Positions 23,342 through 31,422 of a DNA stretch of 32,000 nucleotides are shown here, one piece after another; position 1 is the first letter of the stretch, and each line of letters starts with the position of its first letter. The DNA comes from Nitrosospira multiformis ATCC 25196 (GTDB lineage Bacteria > Pseudomonadota > Gammaproteobacteria > Burkholderiales > Nitrosomonadaceae): NCBI RefSeq assembly GCF_000196355.1, contig NC_007614.1, forward strand, positions 2,580,001 through 2,612,000. The letters are read 5' to 3'. The notes beneath the pieces were generated by a model. It did no database searches. It saw only the letters and a list, made by a program, of their open reading frames with translations, and was not told the origin of the DNA. The position numbers and the translations under genes are program-made.

Positions 23342-23603
23342 ATGTTTACCATGACACGAATGAAATAATATGTAATGGTAATCGATTTTCAGCCATCTGG
23401 ATGCCTGGAAAACTTCAATCGAGGGACAGGATGCAACAAACCCTGTCTCCTCCAACTTGCGGTATTTTATTGCTGAGGGAATGGCCACTCCCCTCCTGGG
23501 ATATAATATCAATTCTGCAAATTCCCTTTATATGGGGACACTCCGCTTTTTAAAAGGAAGGCGCTTTCGCACGCTTGCATATTGATATGGTTTGGAGACT
23601 GAA

Positions 23604-25013
23604 ATGGCGGTAGCCGATGTTCTGAAAATGATTCAGGACAACGAAGTCAGATTCGTTGATCTACGATTTACCGATACCCGCGGTAAAGAACAGCATGTAA
23701 CCCTGCCCGCTCACGCCGTCGATGCGGACAAACTGGAGGACGGTCATACATTCGATGGCTCTTCCATCGCCGGCTGGAAGGGCGTGCAGGCGTCGGATAT
23801 GCTCCTGATACCGGATACCGGTACTGCCCGGATGGATCCGTTCATGGACGAGGCCACCTTGTTCATCACCTGCGATGTGGTGGAGCCTGCGGATGGGAAG
23901 GGTTACGACCGGGATCCCCGTTCCCTGGCAAAACGCGGCGAAGCCTACCTCAAGTCGACCGGGATCGGCGATACCGCGTTTTTTGGTCCGGAGCCTGAAT
24001 TCTTCATTTTTGATTCCGTAACCTGGCACGCCGACATGTCCGGCTGTTCCGTAAAAATCGAGTCGGAAGAAGCAGCCTGGAGTTCGGGAGTAAAATATGA
24101 GGGTGGCAATATCGGGCATCGTCCTGGTATCAAAGGGGGCTATTCCCCGGTTCCCCCGATCGATTCCTTGCACGACATCCGGTCGGCGATGTGTCTTGCA
24201 CTTGAGGAAATGGGTATCGAAGTTGAAGTGCACCACCACGAAACGGCGACTGCCGGCCAGTGTGAAATAGGCACCAAGTACAGCAGCCTGGTGAAGCGTG
24301 CCGACTGGACGCAGGTATTCAAATACGTGGTGCACAACATTGCCCGCTCGTATGGAAAAACCGCCACCTTCATGCCAAAACCCATTGTAGGTGACAATGG
24401 CTCCGGGATGCATGTGCACCAGTCGATCTGGAAAGGCGGACGAAACCTGTTTTCCGGAAACGGGTATGCCGGGCTTTCGGAAATGGCAATGTATTATATT
24501 GGCGGAATCATCAACCATGCCAAGGCATTGAATGCCATTACCAACCCGGGGACCAACTCGTACAAGCGCCTCGTTCCAGGCTTTGAAGCACCCATCAATC
24601 TTGCATATTCCGTAAGTAACCGTTCGGCCGCTATCCGCATTCCTTATGCCAACAACCCCAAAGGCCGCCGGATCGAGGTGCGCTTCCCCGACCCTACCGC
24701 GAACCCTTACCTTGCATTTACTGCCATGCTGATGGCGGGGCTGGATGGAATCCAGAACAAGAGTCACCCGGGCGATCCGATGGACAAGAATCTCTACGAC
24801 CTTCCACCCGAGGAGGCTGCCAGAATTCCCAATCCTTGCGCTTCCCTGGATGAAGCACTGGACAGCCTGGATAAGGATCGTAATTTCCTCACTCGCGGCG
24901 GGGTGTTTTCGAATGATATGATAGATGCCTACATCGAACTCAAGATGGAAGAAGTTACGCGCTTCCGGATGACGACGCACCCGGTCGAATTCGATATGTA
25001 CTACAGCTTGTGA
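23604..25013 (+). CDS. glnA: Glutamine synthetase type I
   Basis: [22 protein letters not shown], and the adenylylation-site context [14 protein letters not shown] 6 nt upstream supports ATG 23604. Confidence 0.96.
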   Translation: MAVADVLKMIQDNEVRFVDLRFTDTRGKEQHVTLPAHAVDADKLEDGHTFDGSSIAGWKGVQASDMLLIPDTGTARMDPFMDEATLFITCDVVEPADGKGYDRDPRSLAKRGEAYLKSTGIGDTAFFGPEPEFFIFDSVTWHADMSGCSVKIESEEAAWSSGVKYEGGNIGHRPGIKGGYSPVPPIDSLHDIRSAMCLALEEMGIEVEVHHHETATAGQCEIGTKYSSLVKRADWTQVFKYVVHNIARSYGKTATFMPKPIVGDNGSGMHVHQSIWKGGRNLFSGNGYAGLSEMAMYYIGGIINHAKALNAITNPGTNSYKRLVPGFEAPINLAYSVSNRSAAIRIPYANNPKGRRIEVRFPDPTANPYLAFTAMLMAGLDGIQNKSHPGDPMDKNLYDLPPEEAARIPNPCASLDEALDSLDKDRNFLTRGGVFSNDMIDAYIELKMEEVTRFRMTTHPVEFDMYYSL

Positions 25014-25072
25014 GCACTGTTTCTCACGCTCGGACCGCTCATGCTGTTTCATTGATCAGGACATAATATCCG

Positions 25073-25738
25073 ATGAAAATTCTTTTTGTTACATTGCTCG
25101 CGCTGCCAATGCTCATGCTTGCCGGGTGTGGTCAGAAAACAGCGAAGGACGCGGAGAAACCGGGTGGGCAGCAGGCGCAACTGCCGGATGAGTTTACTTC
25201 CGAGAAGCAAATGCCATCAGTGCTGGAAGAAAGCCTCAGCCCGGAAGAGAAGTCTGCAATATTGAAAGAAATCATGCCGGCCGGGTCTGAGAGCGATTCC
25301 ACACCCGAGGAAAAATTCCTGCAGTTGAAAAAAGACGCGGAGGCTGGCGATCCCAAAGCCCAGACCGGCCTCGGCGTTATGTACTATACGGGTGAAGCGA
25401 TATCCAAGGATGCTTCGGGCAAAATCCTGAGTAATGACCCCGCTACCGCCGCCGCCTGGTTTCATCGCGCAGCTGAGCAGGGCTATGCGGATGCGCAATT
25501 CAACCTGGGGTTGCTGTATGCGAACGGCGAGGGGGTTCCTAAAGATTCCGTCAAGGCGTTCGGGCTGTTTCAAAAAGCGGCTGAACAGGGCAATGTTGAC
25601 GCGCAAAATAACGTGGGGGTGATGTATTATTCGGGTGAAGGCGTGCCTAGAGACGAAGCCAAGGCGAAAGAATGGTTCAAGAAAGCCGCGGCCCAGGGTA
25701 ATGCCGATGCCCAGGCAAACCTGGATGTAATGAAATAA
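25073..25738 (+). CDS. Sel1-repeat (TPR-like) lipoprotein
   Basis: Lipobox MLMLAGC. An acidic/Ser-rich linker is followed by at least three Sel1 repeats (AQTGLGVMYYTGE, AQFNLGLLYANGEGVPKD, AQNNVGVMYYSGEGVPRDEAKAKEWFKKAAAQG). Confidence 0.85.
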   Translation: MKILFVTLLALPMLMLAGCGQKTAKDAEKPGGQQAQLPDEFTSEKQMPSVLEESLSPEEKSAILKEIMPAGSESDSTPEEKFLQLKKDAEAGDPKAQTGLGVMYYTGEAISKDASGKILSNDPATAAAWFHRAAEQGYADAQFNLGLLYANGEGVPKDSVKAFGLFQKAAEQGNVDAQNNVGVMYYSGEGVPRDEAKAKEWFKKAAAQGNADAQANLDVMK

Positions 25739-25959
25739 GAGCTTGGCTGTTTGTTTTGAAAATCGGGCATCTCCGTAATGCAAGGGCCGTATTACGGTGT
25801 GTTACCACAGAGGGTGGTTATTCGTCATTATATCGGCATATTCGGTCAACCTTCGATAGCTCTGAGAGTTTCACTCCACAAGGACATAAGCAGATTCCTG
25901 TCCGGCTAGGTTGCTGTATTCCATCCTCTCACCCTCAAATCCTTACCATATAAAGGGAG

Positions 25960-27225
25960 TTGGTGACACCTTCAACAATTCAGATAATCAGCGCAGCGCT
26001 ATTCGTGGTTGCACTCCTGCATACGTTTTCCACCAGATTTTTTGAGCGATTGGCAAACGCACGTCCCGCCCACGCGGGGATATGGCATTTATTGGGTGAA
26101 GTAGAAGTCGTGTTCGGCTTCTGGGCCATGATTCTCATACTGTTCATGTTTGCGGTGGAAGGTCGTGACAGCGCAATCCATTACCTGGATTCGCGTAACT
26201 TTACGGAACCCATGTTCGTCTTTGCGATCATGGTCGTCGCTGGAACAAAGCCGATCCTCCAGCTTGCCATGCTCTCGGTACGCGCCGTGGCGCAATTCAT
26301 TCCGCTGTCACGCGCGATCGTTTTCTACTTTACGACGCTTTCCCTCGTTCCACTGCTCGGTTCCTTCATCACCGAACCGGCGGCCATGACGCTGGCTGCC
26401 CTGATTCTTCGGGACAATTACTTCTCGCGCGGAATTTCGCCCAAGCTTAAATATACTACGCTCGGGGTTCTGTTCGTCAATGTCTCCATCGGGGGCACCT
26501 TGACCTCCTTCGCTGCCCCTCCCGTGCTCATGGTGGCGGGGAAATGGGGATGGGACATCTGGTTCATGATATCCACGTTCGGTTGGAAAGCAGCTATCGT
26601 CGTGATAGTGAATGCGGCGAGCGCCACGTTGCTATTTCGCCGCGAATTGTCCCAAGGCGGGCTCGGGCAGAATTTATCTGATCGTGGAGAGAAAGCGCCA
26701 GGTCTTCTTGTAGCTGTGCACCTCATCTTCCTGATCGGAATAGTGACGTTTGCTCACCATCCTGCCGTCTTTATGGGACTTTTCCTGTTTTTTCTTGGCA
26801 TCGCCCATGCATATCAAAAATATCAGAACCGGTTTATCCTGCGGGAGGGTTTGCTGGTGGCATTTTTCCTGGCCGGTCTGGTAGTGCTGGGCGGACAGCA
26901 GCAGTGGTGGTTGCAGCCGCTGTTGCTGGGAATGAGCAGCGAGGCAGTATTCTATGGCGCTACGCTGCTGACCGCAATAACGGATAATGCGGCCCTTACC
27001 TATCTTGGCTCGCTTGTAGAGGGGCTCTCAGATTCCTTCAAATATGCGCTGGTTGCAGGCGCGGTTACAGGGGGGGGACTCACGATCATCGCGAATGCGC
27101 CCAATCCTGCGGGAGTCGCCATTCTGCGTGATAATTTCGAGGACGGGACCATTCACCCGTTAGGTCTGCTGACAGCCGCAATACCCCCGACTATCGTGGC
27201 TCTCTTGGCATTCCGCTTGCTCTAG
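25960..27225 (+). CDS. Polytopic inner-membrane transporter-like protein (resembles the putative Na+/H+ antiporter family formerly DUF1504; family recalled from memory, unverified)
   Basis: 421 aa, hydrophobic throughout (about 10 or more predicted helices). GGGAG at 25955-25959; the start is TTG 25960 or GTG 25963. The stop TAG (27223-27225) lies inside the CTAG insertion site of the mobile element. Confidence 0.8.
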   Translation: MVTPSTIQIISAALFVVALLHTFSTRFFERLANARPAHAGIWHLLGEVEVVFGFWAMILILFMFAVEGRDSAIHYLDSRNFTEPMFVFAIMVVAGTKPILQLAMLSVRAVAQFIPLSRAIVFYFTTLSLVPLLGSFITEPAAMTLAALILRDNYFSRGISPKLKYTTLGVLFVNVSIGGTLTSFAAPPVLMVAGKWGWDIWFMISTFGWKAAIVVIVNAASATLLFRRELSQGGLGQNLSDRGEKAPGLLVAVHLIFLIGIVTFAHHPAVFMGLFLFFLGIAHAYQKYQNRFILREGLLVAFFLAGLVVLGGQQQWWLQPLLLGMSSEAVFYGATLLTAITDNAALTYLGSLVEGLSDSFKYALVAGAVTGGGLTIIANAPNPAGVAILRDNFEDGTIHPLGLLTAAIPPTIVALLAFRLL

Positions 27226-27241
27226 GGTCTGTTGACGTTTT
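27226..27241. repeat. Left terminal inverted repeat
   Basis: GGTCTGTTGACGTTTT, 81 nt upstream of the transposase ATG. Confidence 0.85.
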
Positions 27242-27321
27242 GATCTAAGGTTTGTCATTAGGAAGAAAACTCGTATTGTTAAAGCTCTCATACAGTAACA
27301 ACACGAGTTTTCGATGCCCCG

Positions 27322-27621
27322 ATGCTCAGTGACGAGCATTGGTCGAAGCTGCATAAGATTCTGCTGCAGAAGACCATCTACGACAAGCCTGATCTGCGCA
27401 TGACCGTCGAGGCCATGCTCTACCGGATACGCACAGGCTGTCCCTGGCGAGATCTGCCGCAGGCGTTTGGCTGCTGGAACAGAATTTACAAGCGCTTCAA
27501 TGCCTGGTCTACCGCGGGCAAGTGGATCGAGATTTTCAAGGCGCTTGTGGTCGAACCTGACCTGGAGTGGGCTTTTATCGATGGCAGTTATGCCAAGGCA
27601 CACCAGCATAGCTCGGCCGCC
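27322..27621 (+). pseudogene. IS5-family transposase, N-terminal ~100 codons only (DUF4096-type N-domain)
   Basis: MLSDEHWSKLHKILL...MLYRIRTGCPWRDLPQAFGCWNRIYKRFNAWSTAGKWIEIFKAL...FIDGSYAKAHQHSSAA matches the conserved IS5/IS427-type N-terminus. Similarity ends at ~27620, and the track ORF tail (to 27789) is out-of-frame Rhs sequence. Confidence 0.8.
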
Positions 27622-27628
27622 TCACGGG

Positions 27629-28543
27629 ATGATGGATCCTTCCGGAACAACGGTCTGGAGCTACGATACCCAGGGCCGGATTATTGGAAAAACCCAGGTT
27701 GTGGATGGTGCCAGCCTGGTTACCAGTTACGTTTACGATGGCGATGGCCGGCTCGCCAGCCTCACCTACCCTTCGGGGGAAGTCATTAATTACAGCTGGT
27801 CCAATGGCCAGCTGACGGGCATTTTCCGGGGAACCTCCCTAATTGCTTCTGGAATCACCTGTCACCCGTTCGGGCCGGTCAAATCCTGGACGCTCGATAA
27901 CGGGCAGAACATCGTCCGCAACTTCGACCTCGATGGGCGCATCACAAGCTACAGCCTTGGATCGCTTGCCTACGATGCGGCCTCCCGCATCACCGGCATA
28001 TCCCGGGGCGGCATCAGTATCCTCGGCAACAGCAAGACTTACGGCTATGATGCCACGGATCGGCTGATTTCCTTTAGCGATGGAACCTCGGCCGAGACCT
28101 ATGCTTATGATGCGTCCGGCAATCGGACTGGCCAGACCATCAACGGCATGGCCTACACCTACTCCGTGAGTTATGCCAGCAACCGCCTGGATGCGATGGC
28201 CGGTCCGGGAAGTTCCCTGCACTACAGCTATGATGCCAACGGCAGCTTGGTCAATGACGGCCAGAGGAGCTTTGGCTACGATGCCAGTGGACGCCTGAGT
28301 GAGGCGGTCGGCCTCGCAAGCTACAGTTTCAACGGACTGGGCCAGCGGGTCAAGAAAAATGCCGGTACGGTTATCATGTTTGTCTTTGACGAGGGCGGAC
28401 AGTTGATCGGAGAATACGGCGCAGCAGGCAATCCCATCCAGGAAACCGTCTGGCTGGACGACGTTCCCCTGGCTGTCCTCAGGTACGGCACCACCTACTA
28501 CATCCATACCGATCACCTCAACACCCCCCCGGCAGATTCATGA
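27629..28543 (+). pseudogene. Rhs/YD-repeat protein fragment (5'-truncated, frameshifted at its 3' end)
   Basis: YD repeats: YVYDGDGRLASLTYPSG, YGYDATDRLISFSDG, YAYDASGNRTGQT, YSYDANGSLVNDG, FGYDASGRLSEA. It ends ...YYIHTDHLNTP and then leaves the frame at a C7 tract (28524-28530). No N-terminal Rhs region or start context. Confidence 0.85.
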
Positions 28544-28574
28544 TGCCATCGGGCAAGCAGTGTGGGTATAGGAC

Positions 28575-29138
28575 ATGGGACCTTTCGGCGCCAATCCGCC
28601 GAACCAGAACCCCTCAGGACTGGGAACGTTCAGCTACAATCTGAGATACCCCGGCCAGTATCATGATGCCGAAACTGGCCTGTACTACAACTACTTCCGG
28701 GATTACGATCCGAAGACGGGGCGCTATATCCAGAGTGATCCGATTGGGTTGGTGGGCGGGATTAATACCTACGCATATGTTGAAGGCAATCCGGTCAGCA
28801 AGGTTGACTCGACAGGTGAGTTTGCGATTGCGATACCCGCCACTCCAGCGGTTATCGAAGCAATTTCTTACGTTGGAAGTGCAGCGGCAGCGGCGTATGC
28901 TGCGCATAAAGTTACTCAACAATGTGATGATGATAATGATCGGTGCAATAAGGCAAAGAGCGATGCTCAAAGACGTTATCAAAAGTTGGTGAATAAACGC
29001 ATTCCTCAGTACTTATCGGGTGGAACCAAGGGCCCTGATGAAAATTACTACGATTCGATACTTCAGCTTCAAGATGGGCTGAAGGACGCAATACGACGTG
29101 TACGGCTTTACTGCAAACCTCTGCCGCCTGATCTCTAA
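28575..29138 (+). pseudogene. Rhs core end plus unrecognised C-terminal (toxin-position) domain; continuation of the disrupted Rhs gene
   Basis: PFGANPP...[62 protein letters not shown] is the conserved Rhs core terminus. It is followed by a 105-aa tail ([46 protein letters not shown]...[13 protein letters not shown]). Only AGGA 1 nt from the ATG, so independent translation is doubtful. Confidence 0.75.
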
Positions 29139-29595
29139 CTTCTCAAGGCACCAATATTTCGAGCCTTCACCCCCACTTTAATCCTGCGCCAAGTTATACC
29201 GGGCCTGTCATCCAGGATTTTTGCACGTGTGAAATGGATAACTGTTCTTCCAACTACTGCTCAAGCTATCTGAAACAACGCTGCAACAAATCTGATCAAT
29301 TTCATTAGATTGAGCTGAAACAGAGGTTTAAGAGACTTATCCACAACCTATCCCGGGTCTATCCCCGGTAACAGGGGAAAACGGCATGGTGTCATGGTCG
29401 GCTTCCCAGAAAACTCATCATTGGCGGAATTGACTGGCAGACTCCATGAATCCGGCAAGATTGCTTCGGCGGCGTGCGATGGACCTTGCGGCCTGCTGGA
29501 AGTGAAACTGAGCTGACGTCATCCCCAAAAACTGTAGCAGTTCTAAATTAGAGTAAAGTCGCCTTCTGGCTCCCTTATTGAAGGAGTATGAAGCG

Positions 29596-29741
29596 ATGAA
29601 GAAATCCCGATTCACCGAGGTTCAAGTAGCGTATGCGTTGCGGCAGGCAGAGGCGATCTGGGCGCAAGCGAGGTCAGGCGATTGCGCCAGCTTGAGGAAG
29701 AGAATGCAAGGTTGAAACGGGTGGTGGCTGATCTGACCCTG
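29596..29741 (+). pseudogene. IS3-family transposase orfA remnant with internal deletion/frameshift
   Basis: MKKSRFTEVQVAYALRQAE (the typical IS3 orfA N-terminus) is joined out of frame to ...GASEVRRLRQLEEENARLKRVVADLTL (the leucine-zipper end of orfA). The HTH middle part and all of orfB are missing. Confidence 0.7.
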
Positions 29742-29764
29742 CATGATCCGCTGGCTACCAATGT

Positions 29765-29780
29765 AAAACGTCAACAGACC
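29765..29780. repeat. Right terminal inverted repeat
   Basis: AAAACGTCAACAGACC, a perfect reverse complement of 27226-27241. Confidence 0.85.
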
Positions 29781-29805
29781 CTAGGGAACCGCTGAACAAA
29801 TCCCT

Positions 29806-29831
29806 TGCAAGCCCCGTCCCGTGGGGTTGCA
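29806..29831. terminator. Hairpin between convergent genes (probable bidirectional terminator)
   Basis: TGCAA(G)CCCC-GTCCCGT-GGGGTTGCA: a 9-bp stem with one bulge. On the minus strand it is followed by GGGATTTGTT, 36 nt after the lapA-like stop. Before the IS insertion it also lay ~25 nt after the transporter stop. Confidence 0.5.
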
Positions 29832-29866
29832 GCAAAATCGAGCCTGGCCGATTTCGAACCGTATCT

Positions 29867-30169
29867 TCAATAACCTTCCGGGACAGATGCTTCGTTCTGC
29901 TTCAAGGCGCGCAAGCCGTCATTTTCGACACGTAACGCTTCGACCTCCTTATGCAGTCTTCCTATCGCCATATGTTCGCGCAACATGGTCGGCAGCGTAA
30001 CGAGCGCTCCTATGAGCGCCCCCAGACCGAAGCAGACTGCGATCACAACGGCAAGCGATGCATCTGCACGCCAAAGCAAGAATATGACGCTTACCTCAAC
30101 AGCGTTCTGAACCGCAAACGTGACAATGAGGAAAACGATGACGAGTGCTGCAATCAATTGCAATTGCAT
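29867..30169 (-). CDS. LapA-domain (DUF1049) small inner-membrane protein
   Basis: MQLQLIAALVIVFLIVTFAVQNAVEVSVIFLLWRADASLAVVIAVCFGLGALIGALV followed by a coiled-coil tail. AAGGAG 5 nt upstream supports ATG 30169; the track start is 30244. Confidence 0.8.
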   Translation of the reverse strand: MQLQLIAALVIVFLIVTFAVQNAVEVSVIFLLWRADASLAVVIAVCFGLGALIGALVTLPTMLREHMAIGRLHKEVEALRVENDGLRALKQNEASVPEGY

Positions 30170-30415
30170 AACAACTCCTTTCCGGACACCCGTACCCGAA
30201 TCGGGGAAAACTCCTTCGCCCCCGCAAGAAGCACGATATATCAAATACGAACGTGGAAGACCTGGCGGGCGATACCTGCTGGTTCCGGTTGTAAAAGGTG
30301 ATGGAAAGAGAGCGTCCGAAGACTGGTCCGAACGCGATTCCGTACACTTGAATCAGCAAAAGGATGATTGAACAAAAGTGGCGCTATCCTCACGGCAAGC
30401 AGGCCACTTCACTCG

Positions 30416-31252
30416 CTAACCGCGTATTTTACGGGTGAACCCGGTTTCCAGCCATTTCTTGATACGATTGGCATCGCCAATCCGGGAATTCTTTCCCCAG
30501 GAATCGAGCAGCACGATTATGGTCGGCTTGCCTGTGATATTTGCATGCATCACCAGACAGCGCCCCGCCTCGCTGAGAAACCCTGTTTTGGATATCCCGA
30601 TATCCCAACTGCTGCTCCTTACCAACCTGTTGGAATTGACGTAATTCAGGTTGCGGCTGCGTACCTTCCCCATGGATGCCACCTCGTGGGCAGCGGTCGT
30701 GGAAAATACGCGGATGAGGCGGTACCCGTGTGCCGCCTTGACCATCTTTGCCAGATCGCGGGCGGTGGAGACATTACCGCTGTTCAAGCCGGTCGAGTCA
30801 ACGAAATAGGTGCTGCCCATTCCCAACTGGAATGCCTTGCGGTTCATGGCTGCAACAAACGCATTCAGGCCGCCGGGATAGGTACGTCCCAGCGCTGCAG
30901 CAGCGCGATTCTCCGAAGACATCAAGGCCAGCCGCAACAATTCTCCGCGGGTGAACTTCGTTCCTACCCTCAGGCGGGAACGGGTATACTTGATGACATC
31001 GACATCAGCCGAGTCGATGACTATTTCCTGGTTCAGCGGCAGTTTTGCATCGAGCACAACCATTGCGGTCATGAGTTTGGTAATCGAAGCAATCGGCATG
31101 ACACTGTCTGCGTTCTTGTGGAAAAGAACCTGTCCCCGCTGTGGATCCACAACCAGCGCCGAGTTGGACCGGAGAGACAAGTCGGCCGGTTTTGCAAAAG
31201 CGCCTCCCATAAACGCAAGCGTGGCACAAACTACCAATATGGCGTTCTTCAT
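30416..31252 (-). CDS. pbpG: D-alanyl-D-alanine endopeptidase (PBP7/PbpG-like, S11 family)
   Basis: Signal peptide, SxxK (ASITK), SxN (SSEN), KTG (SKTG). 278 aa, the typical low-molecular-weight PBP size. Confidence 0.88.
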   Translation of the reverse strand: MKNAILVVCATLAFMGGAFAKPADLSLRSNSALVVDPQRGQVLFHKNADSVMPIASITKLMTAMVVLDAKLPLNQEIVIDSADVDVIKYTRSRLRVGTKFTRGELLRLALMSSENRAAAALGRTYPGGLNAFVAAMNRKAFQLGMGSTYFVDSTGLNSGNVSTARDLAKMVKAAHGYRLIRVFSTTAAHEVASMGKVRSRNLNYVNSNRLVRSSSWDIGISKTGFLSEAGRCLVMHANITGKPTIIVLLDSWGKNSRIGDANRIKKWLETGFTRKIRG

Positions 31253-31422
31253 TTGTCATTATCCAATGGAGTTGTCCGCCCTCCCTGCGGACTGGGCCTA
31301 CCGCCGATAAAGTACCAAATATCACGAGCTAGGGAAAGAGCTATGTTCAGGGGGGCGCACACGGAGAGAATTTTTCTAGGAGGAAAGCAAATGAGAATGG
31401 AGACTCGGTGAGGGACGGGGAC

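Larger units (their letters stand above)
27226..29780 (+). mobile_element. IS5-family-derived, inverted-repeat-bounded mosaic element (non-autonomous), flanked by CTAG
   Basis: GGTCTGTTGACGTTTT (27226-27241) and its exact reverse complement (29765-29780), each abutted by CTAG (27222-25, 29781-84). The interior holds a truncated transposase, a disrupted Rhs fragment, and other gene scraps. Confidence 0.8.

Noticed and set aside
23513-23603. Possible sigma-54 (TGGCAC-N5-TTGCA) promoter or NtrC sites upstream of glnA, prompted by ...TTCGCACGCTTGCAT.
   Set aside because: When TTGC is aligned to the -12 element, the -24 position reads CTTTCG rather than TGGCAC. There is no GG at the required spacing and no TGCACC-N5-GGTGCA type palindromes.
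25773-25797. Hairpin CCGTAAT-N11-ATTACGG after the Sel1 lipoprotein gene, and the 220-nt leader before the transporter gene as a possible ion riboswitch.
   Set aside because: The stem is AT-rich with no following T-tract. I could not recognise any known riboswitch core in 25739-25959 and have no comparative data to support a new one.
29418-29615. 65-aa minus-strand ORF inside the mosaic element.
   Set aside because: It spans the junction of two unrelated fragments (a DJ-1-like scrap and the IS3 end), has no SD and no family resemblance.
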